A DNA stretch of 64,000 nucleotides from the human T2T-CHM13v2.0 reference genome, Homo sapiens: assembly GCF_009914755.1 (NCBI RefSeq), contig NC_060929.1, one strand, 5' to 3'. Position 1 is the first letter of the stretch. Every line of letters begins with the position of its first letter. Both the position numbers and the translations under genes were made by a program. The notes beneath the pieces were generated by a model. That model made no database searches. It saw only the letters and a program-made list of their open reading frames with translations, and was not told the origin of the DNA. Of the stretch, positions 42,064-60,235 are shown piece after piece.

Positions 42064-43106
42064 AATATCTAAGATAAAAAAACTTTATATAAAATAGTAA
42101 GGTGACAGCAAAAGGGGGATAAAAAAATGAGACCTTTTAATATATGCAAAGGCAAATATATCTAAATATCTATTTGACAATTGTGCATATATAGCTTTAT
42201 CTATAAAAAGGATAATCAGTGAAGAGTAAGATTTGTATAGGCGCTATAGTCTTCATGGCTGTAGTTGATATTTACAAATTCCTTCTTCCACTAGCCTTTT
42301 CTCTTAGTATCTTAGCTGGTTGAATTGAAGTTCTTTACCTGGCAGAGTTACTGAAGGGTCTTAATCCATAGTCTTGTCAGATCCAGGAAGAGGGATTCCT
42401 TTCACTAGCAAGAAAATCTTAGAAATTCTTGAGTGGTAAGATTCTCAGTATTAACTGAGTCCACTCAGATGTCATCATACAAGTTTCAGCCTCATTGTTC
42501 TTCACAATTCAGGTCCTGAAATTTTCCTAAGTGGCATAGCAAGTGCAAGATTTCAATTTATATTGGAATTCTACAATTAGCACAAATAAAATATGCATCT
42601 GCTTTTTAAAGAGAAGACAGTCCTGCAGCTACAAAAACTAAGAAATTATTTTGGCTGCCATAGGAGCGCTTTTGTTCTTTTTTCATTCAAACTGAGAACT
42701 AAAAGTGCCAAACTCACACTTCTCTGTCTGTAGATTCTCCAGTCAGAAGAGGACATCCCACCCACAGTTTTTGTAGTCATCATAACTGCTATAATAATTA
42801 AGTGTAGAAGACTTAGTGTCTTTTACTGCACTATAATAAACTAGAAGTGATTTTAATTAACTGATGTGACTTGATGTCATGAATTACTAGTATCTCATTT
42901 CCCATTTGCAAGGAAGTCAGTATTTCATTAAAAGCCATAGACATGACCAAATATATCCTAGAATCTCTTGGTATCAAGTGCATTCAAGACAGAAAAATAG
43001 CTACCGTTCTTAAGACTGGGGCACAAGAGAAGAAAGGAGTTGGGATTATCTTCTTGGGGGAAGATCCCCAAGAAGCTGGGGCCCAAACCTTTAAGAAAGA
43101 AGTAAT

Positions 43107-43427
<321 letters not shown>

Positions 43428-46261
43428 CTAATGAGGCTAATCCTGGAAATATAATAAGAATTTAGAGCCCGAAACAACTGCTGCTGCCGGGATGGAGGGC
43501 CATTATCAGGACGGTCCTCATGCAGGAACAGCATTAGGATGAATCAAAGAAGTCTTTTCTTCCCTTTTTCTCCTGCCTTTTTATCTCCCTATCCTGCCTT
43601 CTATTCTCAGAACTGAGTAGGAAGCATCTGAAAAGGAGAAATGAAAGCTGTGCAGATCAGCACCAGCATTACAAAGTAAACTATAGAAGCACCTATAAGA
43701 GACAATACCTTAAACACAAACACACCCTGAGACCTGAACTATTTGGGCATCCAGTGTAAATCTTTTAAAATGCTTCCTTAATGGTTGAATTTCAGGAGCC
43801 ATAATCTGTTGTAAGAGCCATACAGGAGAAGACACACTTTTTGTCATAAAGTACTTACTGGTTAAAAATTCATTTCCATATGCTACATCAAATGAATTTA
43901 TTATGTAAATTCCTTAGAACAGTGTTTGCTATATGTAATAATTACTGACAATATCATCATCATTCATCCTATATCCTAGCATTAAGCATTGATACGCAAT
44001 TGATACAATAAAGATTAGAAGCATTTCGTGTCAGATTTGTGAAATATGTAATCATGAATGAACTTGCTTAAAATAAAAATGAGCTAATACAAAAATAAAA
44101 CAACTGCTATTATACCAGAAACAAAGCAAAGCAAAAACCCAAATCACTGCTGAAATGGTTGAGTTGTGTGCAATGCTAGTAACCAAATGGGTACATTTTA
44201 AAGAGCTTCTCACAAAATTTCACTATTTGATTATGTTTCATTGTTTAATAATGTCCTTAGCCCACAATTTTGGCAGTCTAGTGCTTTCTGTTCCAGAAAA
44301 ATCGATAACAATTATTGTTTTAAATCTTCCAGAACCTGGGTTTCATTCATCTTTCTGACTGCATGTGTTAGTGAGCATTTGAGTAAATACTGAGGGAAAA
44401 CCTGAGCATATTTCTCCAATTACATAATGCTTGTTTGAATGGGATTCTTCAAAACTAGACTCTTTACATACAGAGTCAGAAAGATAATATGCACATATCT
44501 ATTCTTAGCATTTCTTAAATTAGATTGCTTTCTTTTCAGTGATTACAAAATAAATTGACAAGACTACGTTCTTGCATAACTTCTACATTTTTGTTCTAAT
44601 TGCACACATTAAAATCCCATAATTTTGCTACTATTTTGGGATTATTTCTTCTTCTTGTTTTGGTGGTGGTTTATTAACTTGTTTTCAATGTCTAACTTTA
44701 ACATTTATCCAAATGTTTATGTAGCAATCCCTCACTTTCATTTGCAGTTCACTTTTCTTAATTTCTCAGAAAACCAATTATGTTATACTCAGGCCAGAAT
44801 CTTCCCAACTCTTGCCACCATCTCCAACTGTAGAACATAGTCAAAATAAATAAACCAAAAAAAAAAAAAAGAACTGAAACACAAGCATTTTATTCACAGT
44901 AGTCCCTACATCCTCATTCAAAGATTACTCACTCATATATTAAATCTAGTTCAGATAGTTTATTTGTTTCTTAGCCCAAACTGGATAAGAGGAATAAAAT
45001 ATAAAGAAATAGGGGGGCTTTAGAATCAGAGCAGAAGTAGAAATGACAGCGTATGAGAAGTAGTAAGACAAAAGAATATAAACATCAGGTTCAAAATTAT
45101 GGACTCATTTTTGCATTGGGGGCATACAGCCCTCCATTATAAAAGTAAAATGGTGCAGTCTTAATGGCCTGATGCCATCAGTGCACTGTAATAGATCCTC
45201 AGTCTGGATCAGGAAATCCACAGGGAATCACTTACTTCTCAGGGCCTTCAACCCTATATCTTTATACTTTGGGAGTTTGATTTAATGACTTCCAAAATCC
45301 TTTTAGAATCTAAATTTATATTATTTTATAATAATTTTATAAAGAGTTTTCAGTGACATTTAAAATGTCAGAATAGTGACACCTTTTAAAATATTTCTAC
45401 TAAAATTATTAAAGTCAATGAAAGTAGTTTATTCTTAATGTTAATAAATTAACTTGTGATTTAGCATGTGTCTGAAATTTTTCCATGTTTATATATATTA
45501 CTTGGTTTAATCTTTACAACATTTCTATCAAGTAGATTGCATTGATGCATATTGTACAAATGAGGAAACTGAGGCTCAGATGGGTGGTGTTAATTGCATA
45601 ATATATCATGGTCAGAAAAGGTCCAGAACTTATTTTTTTCTTCTAGAAAACTTTGTACTGTTTCCCTAAATAGCATAGGTAATTTTCTGTTTTACAGAGG
45701 CCCAGACAACTAGAAATTTTCTGGTTTTCAAAATTGGACATGCAGCTGTTGCTATTCCAACCATGGTCAGTGGTTAGGAGCATTGCTCCTGACCTTGGCT
45801 ATGTGCAGCTGTAGATTCTGCTGTTGTACTAGGTGGCCCAAGTTTCTGCAGAAATATTCAAATGATTGAATGTGATTCCCACTCTAAGCCACCGCTGGAC
45901 TTCAATACCCTCTTATTACTAAGGGCTTGCTGATATATGGAAAGTTTTTTTCTCTCTCTTTTTCAATATGACTATTTACTTATTTATTTTTTGAAAAAGC
46001 ATGGTATTTCTATGTATTTTGAGTAAAGAAGTATGCACATATATTCACCCATGACATCTTGATCATAAGTTATTATCTCCTTTCTTCAAGAAGTTATGCG
46101 AGAGTGGAAATAACACAAAAGAGGTAACATTTCATAGCAGTGAGCCAGGGCTATAAAGATGGTCTTAAACACCCAAATACTTTCTAAATACGCCATCTTA
46201 GACAAGTTACATAAACTCTACTAACCATGGTTTTCTCATCTATAAACTAGTGATAATAATA

Positions 46262-46344
46262 TTAGATTGGTGCAAAAATAATTGCGGTTTTTTGCCATTA
46301 AAAATAATGGCAAAAACCGAAATTACTTTTGCACCATCAATTAA
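46262..46344. mobile_element. MADE1 (Hsmar1-derived MITE), inserted in a MIR
   Basis: ttagattggtgcaaaaataattgcggttttttgccatta-aaaa-taatggcaaaaaccgaaattacttttgcacca; ~37-bp inverted repeats with TA on both sides. Confidence 0.93.
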
Positions 46345-46540
46345 TACTTCTTAGCTTATTGGGCTGTTGTGAGAATTAAATGAATAAATATATATAAGTA
46401 TATAAAATAGCCTCTGACATATAACAAGTTGGAAAAAAAGTTATACTTCTTAGCTTAGTGGGCTGTCGTGAGAATTAAATGAATAAATATATGTAAGTAT
46501 GTAAAATAGCCTCTGACATATAACATGTTGGAAAAAAGTT
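46344..46540 (+). repeat. Direct tandem duplication, 99 + 98 bp
   Basis: atacttcttagctta...ggaaaaaa(a)gtt at 46344-46442 and 46443-46540. Confidence 0.95.
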
Positions 46541-47651
46541 ATTATTTGCTGTGTCAGAACTACCTCTTATTAGCCCAGTGACAATTAGAGATACCTGAAC
46601 ACTACACATTGGGATTTATTTTTCTTTACTGCTCTAGTGCCTAATGCAGTATCTGGTATATTATAGATACTCCATGTTTATTTTAAATACATCTCATTTA
46701 CTTTCTCAAAGATTTTTTTCATCTCTAGTGGACCCAAAATACCACTTTTGCCTACTTGAATGGGTTATTACAACTCATATAATATGTTTGCTTTTATAAA
46801 GCCTGTTGAGGAATATATCATTAAGATACTTGCCTCACACTTTAAAGACAAAGAGACAGATCACATGACTTGCTCACAGTCAACAAAGAAGGGGAGAGCC
46901 AGAATTTGAATCCAAGTCTGTCTTGTGTCTGCACTAGAATGCTTTGTTGCTTTTCTCAATTATCCTATGCATTACAAATTCGTTTGTGAGAAGGGGCTTA
47001 GAATACTGAGAAGCATTACTTGAACATAAGGCACTTGTTTATGTTAGCGAATTTGTAGCAGTACTCTCTTAAGAACAAATTTCCCTCATTGAATCATGCA
47101 CCCTCTTTCTGCTTATGAGTCTATTTTAGATATTGAGAAGCAATATGTAGGGGAGAGTAGATGAAGGTGGAGTACTCTTGCTATTGCCCCACAGACAATC
47201 CAAATGGGTCTTTATCTAGTATATGCACTATTCATACTGTTTCATCTTTCTAGTAATTGTCCATCTACTGGCTCTTATCTCATTGTTATTATCAAAAACA
47301 GATTTAGATCAGACCATTAGGAAACTCATTAGCAGGTCACATTGGAGAAAAAAACTCACTAACACATTTGTAAAATTATCTATGAATTTAGTATTGCCAT
47401 TTATCACCAGAATGCTTCAATGTACTAGGTTGAAAAATAAGGATACCAAAACTCCTTTATTATAATTGCAAGGATTAAAATGTAAAATACAGAGATTCTT
47501 TTATAGTGCCTGACACATATTAAGAGCTCAATAAACTATAGCACATTGGGAATAGCAATTGAGATGAAGTATGTAGTTTTTTTAAACCAAAGTACCCATA
47601 GATAAATCAATGTCAAAGAAAGTGCCACATTCTTCATATATTAAGCAAATA

Positions 47652-49650
<1,999 letters not shown>

Positions 49651-51616
49651 AAGCAAATATTTATATTCATATCAAGTGCAATCATTAAGTTTAAAAGAGA
49701 GCCTGCATAGACAGGGGCATGCTAAACACACGCAAACTTATCAAATATGATGACCATAAATTATGTATGTCATGCTCTCACAGCTTCATAGATTGATTTG
49801 CAATTCAATACACATCATATGCAAGGTTTTCTGTATTTCCCCTTTTTATAAACATATTTTCCATTATTTACCTGAAATGTAAACTTCATCCATTCATCAT
49901 GAGCATTTATCATGTCCTAAATCTATACTGAAATTTAAAAGAAAAAAATAATATATACCCTATGACCTCAAGGAACTCAGTCTAGGGAAAAGAAACATCA
50001 GCAGATAATTAGAATCCAGGAAAAGAAGTGCTAATAGAGATATTTACAACACAATATGGCACTAATGAAGAAGACATTAGTAGTTGAGTGCCATACTCTG
50101 CTGGGGCGTTAAGCAACACAGGAAGAGAAAGTGATCTTTATCAAATTGGCTCACTCCCCAAACTTGTTCATTTTGTAGTTCTCAATGGAAACTATTGCAA
50201 TAGAAGTTAACAGATACAGAGGCAGAGTAGGCATATCCACATGCCAATGCCTATGCACGCCTTATCCATGGCCCAGTCCAGAGGAGGAGAAAAAGAAGAG
50301 CAATGGAAAATTGAATCAAAGAACATTAGTAGCAGAAAAAAAAAAAAACAAAAAAAAACTCTTCTGGTAGGTCTGTGAAAAAAGAAGCACACCACTCTAT
50401 TTCTTTTAAATCCCCTGTTCTTCCCTCTTTTATTCTCCATACAAGTATTTTGAATGTATTGCTTTGTTTATCACCAATGGTTTGACAAATTAGAAATAAA
50501 TAACTCAATTATAAAACTTAAAAAGATGAGGGACTAGGTTTTGGCCAAGTCTATAGAGTTCTTCAGTGGTAGAGTCAATATTCAAACTCAGGTCTATCTG
50601 TCTCCAAATACTTTTGCTTAATCACTATACTACACAGCTTTAATGTATTGAAAAATGAGAGAGCAGGACCACATTATTACCAGGGTCATTTCCAGCTCTA
50701 GCACTCTATGAATCTATATATACCTAAAACCTCTAAAGAAAGTCTCAAACTTTATTTTTGCCCTATCCATAATTCTCTTCTTCAATGGAAAACAAAATAA
50801 TAAGGAAGTGACACCTATTGAGATATATGCTTTGCACAGACATTTCTGCAAACTTAAGGAAGTGTTAGAACATTGGAATATAAAACATCTAGTCATTGTT
50901 TCCATTGACACTTTTCCTTTTAACTGATAAAGACTGGTATTAGGCATAATGACAATAAAATTATTTCAAGTTTGTACAATGCATCTAAGAAATTAAAATA
51001 TTAACAGAGTAATTTAATTATCAACTTTTATAAAGGAAAAAATGAGGGACAAAAAACTTAAAGAACTTGGGCAACAACACACAGTAAATTAATGGAAGAG
51101 CCGATAAGCTCATGAAGGCTGGTAAAGTCAATTTAGTTATTAAATTCTTATTTATTCGGAAAACTAAGAGCTTGAATGCACTAAACTGTAGTACAGAATT
51201 ACATTTCTTGATATATCAAATTCATAAAATACAACTGAAGACAATATATTTTTGACCACATGAAAAGAACATATGCGGTTCTTATTGCAATACTTTACCA
51301 TGTTCTAGACAAAGGGCAATTAATGTTAAAAATAAAGCTGTGAGAGATACCTCTCAGAGTAAAATATAGCATCTTTATTCATCAAAAAATGCCAGCAACT
51401 TAACTTCCTCAAGGGGACATTATGATAATTAATTGAATCATGGCTAGAGAGTTGTTTATTTTAAAAAAAATAAAACCTGAATACCTTAAGTTATCATCAT
51501 GATTTCACCACAATTATCTCCAATTTTTTCCCTTTCTTGATTTAAATTTCAATAGCATTTTTTGCTTCTTTGAGAAAAACAGAAAATCACTGATTGCTAG
51601 AGCACAATCTGTTTTA

Positions 51617-52036
<420 letters not shown>

Positions 52037-52059
52037 CTATCTGATATTAAAAAAAACAT

Positions 52060-52397
<338 letters not shown>

Positions 52398-53020
52398 TTA
52401 CACTCTTGATTGGTGTACCCTTGACTTCTAGTCCTCTCATTCTATTAGATTGTTCAATGTTTCTCTCTTCAGTCTGTGAGCATTTTGGGTTTAAGTGCTC
52501 ATAGAAGCATAAGGATATATTTTACTTTCAATATATAAGAGGAATGCCCTCTGGAACAGATGTTGTTTCTGATACATGAAACAAACAAACAAACGAAATA
52601 CCAAAAACATTTAGATTAACAGTTGACGTATGCAGGAGCTCACTAACTTCAGGGCTTATCTATAGCATGAAGATTGTTCAACTGATAACTCTTGATCAGA
52701 ATATGTCCATAATTAGAATTACCACAAGAGAATGCCAGTCATGAATCCACTCACAGAAATGTGAAAAACACTCTAGACCTCTAGACTATGGTAGGAAAAG
52801 AGAAAACATACTTACCTGATAAAGTAAAATTTATTAGGACATAACCAATGTAGCTAACCAGTTGTTTTGAACTCAGATAAATGATATCAATTATTTCTTT
52901 CTAAATTAGATTAAAAAATAAAGTTCATATTGGATATTTACTATGATGCCACAACTAAAAAATTAATGTTTAAACTGACTTTAAAAGCATTAAATCAATG
53001 GGTATAAAGGTTCTTTGGTT

Positions 53021-53394
53021 TGTAACTTAGTTAGCTCAGGTAATCATAACAGGATACCATAGACTAGTTGACTTAAACCACAGAAATGTATTTCTCGTGG
53101 TTCTGGAGGCTGAGAAGTCCAAGATCAAGGCACAGGCAGATTTGGTGTTTGGTTTGGGCCCTCCTCCTGGTTTGCAAACAGGCTTCTTCTCATTTTGTCC
53201 TCACATGTAGTGGAGAGGGGGATTAAAATCATCTCTCTCAGTTCTCTTCTTACAAGTACACTAATCCCATGATTAGCACTGCACCTTCACATCCTAAGTG
53301 CTTCTGAAAGACCCCGCTTCCAAATTGCACTGCATTAGGGATTTAGGCTTCATTGTATGAATTTAGGGGGAACACACACATTCAGCCCATATCA
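53021..53394 (-). mobile_element. MLT1A-like MaLR LTR
   Basis: accatagact..gacttaaaccacagaaatgtatttctcgtggttctggaggctgagaagtccaagatcaagg...attcagcccatatca. Confidence 0.8.
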
Positions 53395-53928
53395 GTCCAT
53401 TTGTTAAGTTGCAAGATTCTTTCCTTTTTTGTTTTAGCATAAATTCTAGACTCCTGTGAAGCACTGTATGTACCTTCTTGATTTCCTCTTGAAACCAATC
53501 ATGCATTAATTTGTGAAGTCAATTACTCAGAAGTTCAATAAAGTTCAAATAATTTTAAAAATCTGTTTTAAAAATTAACATTTTTAAACTAATGACCAAA
53601 CAAATCTATATAATGCTATAAATGTCATTTCATTCAAGCAGTCATTTCTATAAGCTCATATTTACCTGATTCAATTTGTTTGCCTCCATAGGAAAGGGAG
53701 CGAATAATGAAACATGTTTTCCTGCAAGATTTCTTAAATGTTTCTTTTAATTTTAATTTTTTAAAATCAATGCAATTCTCTCATTGTTTGGAATAAGCTT
53801 TGTAATGTGATATCAATAATTTATAATAGTGAATTATTTATTAATTTTGGTGAGGTCAAGTAAATCCACAGTACATCTTTTAATGTATCTGTGTGTGTAT
53901 GTGTGCACTGTAGTTTTATGTTAAACAA

Positions 53929-54238
53929 TTTTTTTTTTTTTTGAGTCAGAGTCTCACTCTGTCACCCAGGCTGGAGTGCAATGGCGTGATCTTTAGCTCA
54001 CTGCCACCTCCATCGCCTGGGTTCAAACAATTCTCCTGCTGCAGCCTCCTGAGTTTCTGGTATTACAGGTGCCTGCCACCACACCTGACTAATTTTTGTA
54101 TTTTTAGTGGAGAGAGCGTTTCACCATATTGGACAGGCTGTTCTTGCCCAGGCAGGTCTTGAACTCCTGACCACATGATTGGCCCGCCTCAGCCTCCCAA
54201 AGTGCTGGGATTACAGGCGTGAGCCACCACACCCAGGT
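53929..54238 (-). mobile_element. AluS, antisense
   Basis: Poly-T plus reverse Alu dimer. Confidence 0.9.
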
Positions 54239-54789
54239 TATTTCAAACAAATTTAAATGTCAGCTTGTCATATAAATCTTAATGTGCAAGAACAAACAAG
54301 TTTTTCTAAGTTTAATGAGAGAAACATATCTGTATACTTATTCATAAGTATAATATTTGTATGCTTATTCATTCTATAAAATTTCACTTATCATTTCATT
54401 GATAACATTTGACTGCTGTCCGCTTGTTTTATATATTTCAAGGCATTTGAAAATGAAATCCATTTTCCAAGTTGATCAACTTGGAATCTCAGTGAAATAC
54501 TTATGAAGAGGTGCCATAATTCCTCTTTTGGGAATAAGAAAATAGGGAGATGGGTGGTCAAATGATTTTCTGAGATTTTGATAGCAAGTCAATTGTTATG
54601 CTTTGTCTAGAAGTGTTGTGATTCTCAAAGTTTAGTAATTTTATACCATTCTAACCCATAATGTTATAATTCATGCCAAACCTAAACAAAGCTCACATAA
54701 AATATAATAATATGGTCAAAAACTACTATAATATTAGCTTAGAGATGTATTTCACAGCTTCTGTTTGGACTTTCATAGACGATGTTGTT

Positions 54790-57700
54790 TTTTTGAATTT
54801 TTTATCATGATAAAACACAAGCAACAAAAACTTTATCATTTTATCCACTTTAAAGTACACAGTTCTGTGTTATTAAATACATTCATAATGTTATACAAAC
54901 ATCACCGTCATCCATTTCCATAACTTTTTCTTTTAAGCCGAAACTCTAAACCCATTAAACATTGACTTCCCATTCCCCATTCCCAGCAGCTTCTTGCAAC
55001 GCCATTTCACTTTTCGTTGCTATGATTTTGACTACTCTAACCACCTCATGTAAGTGGAATCAGACAGTATCAATCTTTTTATGACTTGTTTATTTCACTT
55101 AGCACAATGTTTTCCAGATTAATCCATGTTGCCTCAAATGTCAGAATTTCCTCCCTTTTGAAGGATATATGATATTCCATGGTGTATATTCCATATTTTG
55201 CTTATCCAATCGTGAGTCAATGGATGCATGGGCTGCTTCCACATTTTAGCTTTGATGAATAGTGCTACTATAAACATATTTATTTACATATCTCTTTGAA
55301 CCCTGTTTTCAATTTGTTTCAGTACATACCTGGAAGTGGATTTACTGGATAATATAGTAATTTTATTTTTAATATTTTTAGAAACCACCATACTGTTTTC
55401 CATGGTGACCATACCATTTTTCATTCCTACCAACAGTGCACAAGTGTTTAAATTTTTTTTACACCTTTAGCAACACTTATTTTCTGGGTATTTTGGTAGT
55501 AGTCATCCTAATGGGTGTGAGGTAGTATCTCATTGTAGTTTTGATTTGCATTTCCCTCATCGTTAGTGATGTTAAACATCTTTTCATATGCTTGTTGACC
55601 ATTTTATATCTTCTTTAGAGAAATGTTTAGTCAAGCCTTTTGCCCATTTTTTAATCAGGTTATTCATTTATTGTTATTGAATTTTAGGAGATAACTATGT
55701 ATTCTAGATATTAATTTGTATCAGTTATATGATTTAAAAATATATTCTTCTATTCTATGGGTTGCCTCTTTACTCTGTTGACAATGTCTTTTGATGCACA
55801 ATTTGAAAAACGATTCATAAAGTCTACTTTTTCTATTTTGTTATTGTTCCCGGTGACTTTGGTGTCATCCCCCAAATTGTTGCCAAATACAATGTAATGA
55901 AACATTTGCTCTTTGTCTTCTAAGACTTTGACCATTTTCGGTTTGATATTTAGGTCTTTGATCCATTTTGAGTTAATTTTTGTATACGGTGTTAGGTAAA
56001 GATCCAACTTCATTCTTCTGCATGTGAATATCTAATTTTTCCATCAGCATTTGTTAAAAAAAACTGTCCTTTCTCAATTAAATGGTATTGGCCTCCTTGT
56101 CAAGAATCACTTAACAAATTTTTGAGAGTTTATTTCATGATTATCTATTCTATTTTTGTATGTCTCTGTGCCTGTGTCACAATGTTTTGATTACTGTGAC
56201 ATCGCAGTAAGTTTTGATATCAGAAAGTGTCAGTCTCCCAGCTTTAGTTCTATTTTATAAGACATATTAGGCTATTAAGGATATCTTGAAGTTTCATATA
56301 CATTTTAGAAGCTTTTTTCTATTCCTGCAAAAGACATCATTGGAATTTTAATAACATTTGTATTAAATCTATAGATTACTTTAGGTAGTATTGACATTTT
56401 AACAATATTAAGCCTTCCAATTCATTAACATTTGTATGTACATATGTCTTCTTTAGTTTCTTTCAGCAATGTTTAGCAGTTTTCATTGTATAAGTCTCTC
56501 ATTTAATTGGTTAATTCAAAAGTATTTTATTTTTTCCAATGCTACTGTGAATGAAACTGTTTTTGTAACTTCCTTTTCAAAGTGTTGTCAGTGTATAAAA
56601 TGCAATTAACATTTGTGTTGAGTTTGTTATCCTGTTACTTAGCTGAATTCATTTATTAAACAATTCAGTGAAATTTATAGTGTTTTTAACGTATAAGATT
56701 ATATCATCTGCAGAAAGATAAATTTTTTTCTTTTCAATTTGGATGCTTTTGCTTATTTGTTTATTTATTTATTTTTGCCTAATTACTCAAGGGTGAAAAG
56801 AATTGGAGAAACTGGGTAGCCTTATTCCTGATCTTAGAGGAAAAGTTTTCAGTCTTTCAACATTGAGTATGATGTTTGCTGTCGATTTTTAATACATGGC
56901 TTTTATTATGTTGAAATTTTTTTCCTTCGATTTCTACTTTGTTTTTTTTAATCATAAAAAAGTGCTGAATTATACCAAATGCTCTTTTTACACCCATTGA
57001 GATGATCATTTGTTTTTTTTTCTTTCATTCTGTTAACTTGGTGTATTATATTGATTGCTTTTTTATGTTGAACCATTATTGTGTTCTAGAATTAAATTCC
57101 ACAGGTCTATTAAGATGGTCTATTTCTTCATAATTTAGTCACGTTAGGTGTTGTGTTTCAAAAAAAGTGTCCATTTTATTTAGATTTTTTAATTTGTTGG
57201 GCTACACCTGATCACTTTAATCTCTTATAGTACTTTTAGTTTCTGGAGAATCCATTGTAATGTCCCCACTTTTATTTTTGCTTTTAGTAATTTGAGAATT
57301 TGTGTGTGTGTGTGTATCTAAAGTTTTGTTAATCTTTTCAAAAAACAATTTTTTGTTTCATTGATTTTATTTTTTTGTTTCTTTTTTCTGCTTTAATCTT
57401 TGTTTTGTTTATTCTGCTGGCTTTGGGTTAAGTTTCTTCTTTTTCTAGTTCTTTAAATTGTAAAGTTAGGTAGTTGATTTAAGTCCTTTTTTGTTGTGTA
57501 AGCATTTATAGCTATAATTTTCTCCCTCAGCACAACTTTTGCTGAATCCCATAAGTTTTTGTATATTTTATTTTTATTAGACTCTAAGTATTTTCTAATT
57601 TTCCTTGTGATTTCTTCTTTAACTCATTGGCTATTTATTAATAAGAGTGTGTTGTTACATTTCCACAATTTTGTGAATATTTCAGCTTTACTTCTGTTAT

Positions 57701-58575
57701 TGATTACTAACTTCATCTCATTATGATCAGAGAAGATACCTGACCATATTCATATTTATATATCCATTTTCAAACATCTGTTAAGCGTTAATTTGTGGCC
57801 CAATATATGATCTATCCTGGAAAATTTCTCATGTGTATTTGAGAAGAATGAGTATTCTGTTGTTGGTCAGTTCTGTATCTGTCTGTTAGATTGAGTTGGT
57901 TTATTGTATTGTTTAAATCCTCTATTTCCTTACTTATATGTCTAGTTGTTGAGAGTAGGGTATAGAAGTCTCCAACTATTATTGTAGAACTGTTTATTTT
58001 TCCCTTCAATTCTGTCAGTTTTTGCTTCATACACTTTGATGGTCTTCCATTAATTGTGTAAATGTTCATAATTATCACATCTTCCTGCTGTATTGAACCT
58101 TTTATTAATATATAATCTTTTTTTGTCTCTTGTAATTTTTTTTCTGATTTAAAGTCCATTTTGTCAGACATTTGTACATCCACTTTTGCTCTGTTTTGGT
58201 TATTTGCATGGAATATCTTTTTCAGACCTTTCACTTTCAACCTACTTGAGGTTTTGGATATAAATGAGTCTCTTGTATCTCTTTTTGTCTATCCTGCCAA
58301 TATTTTAGAGTAACTACTGATAAAAGGAGACTTCTATAATTTTTCTGGATATTTTCAAAAAATATGTGCTTTACTGCTCTTTTGTCCCTCACTTCCTATA
58401 TTACTGTATTCTTTCATGTTTAGTCGATTTCCTATAGTTAAGTGTTTAAGTTAGATCTTTCTTATCTCCTTTTGTATTTATTCTACAGCTGTTTTATTTG
58501 TGATGCCATGGAGATTGCATTTAATATGCTGAAGTTATAATATTTTAATTGAAATTGTAGCAGCTTAACTTTAAA
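54790..58575 (-). mobile_element. Old L1 (L1MA/MB-like), ~3.8 kb, degraded
   Basis: Minus-strand ORF2 remnants: [22 protein letters not shown] (55750-56013) and the endonuclease motif TIIVGDFYTLLS (57812-58240); 3' UTR at the left end. Confidence 0.85.
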
Positions 58576-58578
58576 TGA

Positions 58579-58916
<338 letters not shown>

Positions 58917-60149
58917 TAGTCTGAATTTTTTTTTCTTGAATAGCAAGAAACTTTTACTTTTCTACCTATATTTTACTGACAACATGAGGCATGCTAGAAA
59001 GGCAAAGACTTCAGAAACTTTTCTTTATTCATGTATTTTTCTTAGCGTTCAAGTACCATAAAATTGTTCAAAGTCTCTTTGAAAAAGGAAAGGGGACAGA
59101 TATTATTGCTTCATTTCTTTACATTTTAAATACATTTTTGGAGTATTTCTTCAAAGCTAAATGCATAATGGAGTTACAGTTTCTCTATGTTTTCTATAAA
59201 CCTTAAGAGAGGAAATAATTTTACATCAAACTCTGGTTACAGTGCTATGACACAGATTTAAAGCTGTTGTTCAAAGCTTTTCTTGGTGTGTTTCTTGAGC
59301 CACTGTGGAAAATTAGGAAGGAAAAAACCCTCTAAAATGGTTTATACTGTGTTTACTTATATATTTTTGAGATTATATGCTGTGAGATTGGAGAAACATT
59401 TAAAATTGGTGCAAGTAATGAAAGAAATGCTGAAACATTTTAATGGATGATTGAAAATGAGAGGATTAGAGAAAAAATTAATTAGGTTATTTATAATATA
59501 TTGTTGCAGTTTTCCTCTTCTGTTTATCTTGTAGAAATATTCAAAATTTTAATTCTGTTTTTCAAGAAAGCAAAGGACTTACAATATTTTTATATGACTT
59601 TATATAAAAGGACTTTATAGAACTAGTCTCATAATACAGCATTGATAGTAAAAATTCTTTAATTGCTATCTATTATTTCAAAATAATGGCTTAAGTTAAC
59701 CCACTATTTAGTCTTATAGATAATGTAATTCACAGGATGATATTTTTAAAAGTGTCTAGAACTTATTCTAAAAGAGTAGAATTAATTTTTTTCACAATTC
59801 CTAGTAGAATTGACCTTAATACTTGAGTGAACATTTTTCTCTGTTGATCAAATTTATAAGTAAATGCACAAAGGTAGTAAAAAAGAATACTCAGAATGTC
59901 TATAATTTCGTGTCTCTTAAAGGCATCTTAATTGTTAATATTCAGGTAATGGCATTCTGGTAAATGTAACATATAAGCATGCTTTTCTTGACAGATTGGG
60001 ACACTAATAAAATTAAAAGCTTTATAATCACCAAGATGGTAGTCTGGAAATAGCTGCATTTCATTAATATCTGAAGTGGTGATTTCACCTTCATCATGAT
60101 TGTTTTCTCATTTTTCTTTTTATTGTTATTACCAAAGTGGTAAATTCAG

Positions 60150-60235
60150 AGACAGACAGACACACACACACACTCTCACACTGTTATGCATACATTTTAC
60201 ACATATCTATCTGTGTGTGTGTGTGTGTGTGTGTA
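60150..60235. repeat. (GACA)n(CA)n ... (TG)n microsatellites
   Basis: Seen directly in the sequence. Confidence 0.9.
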
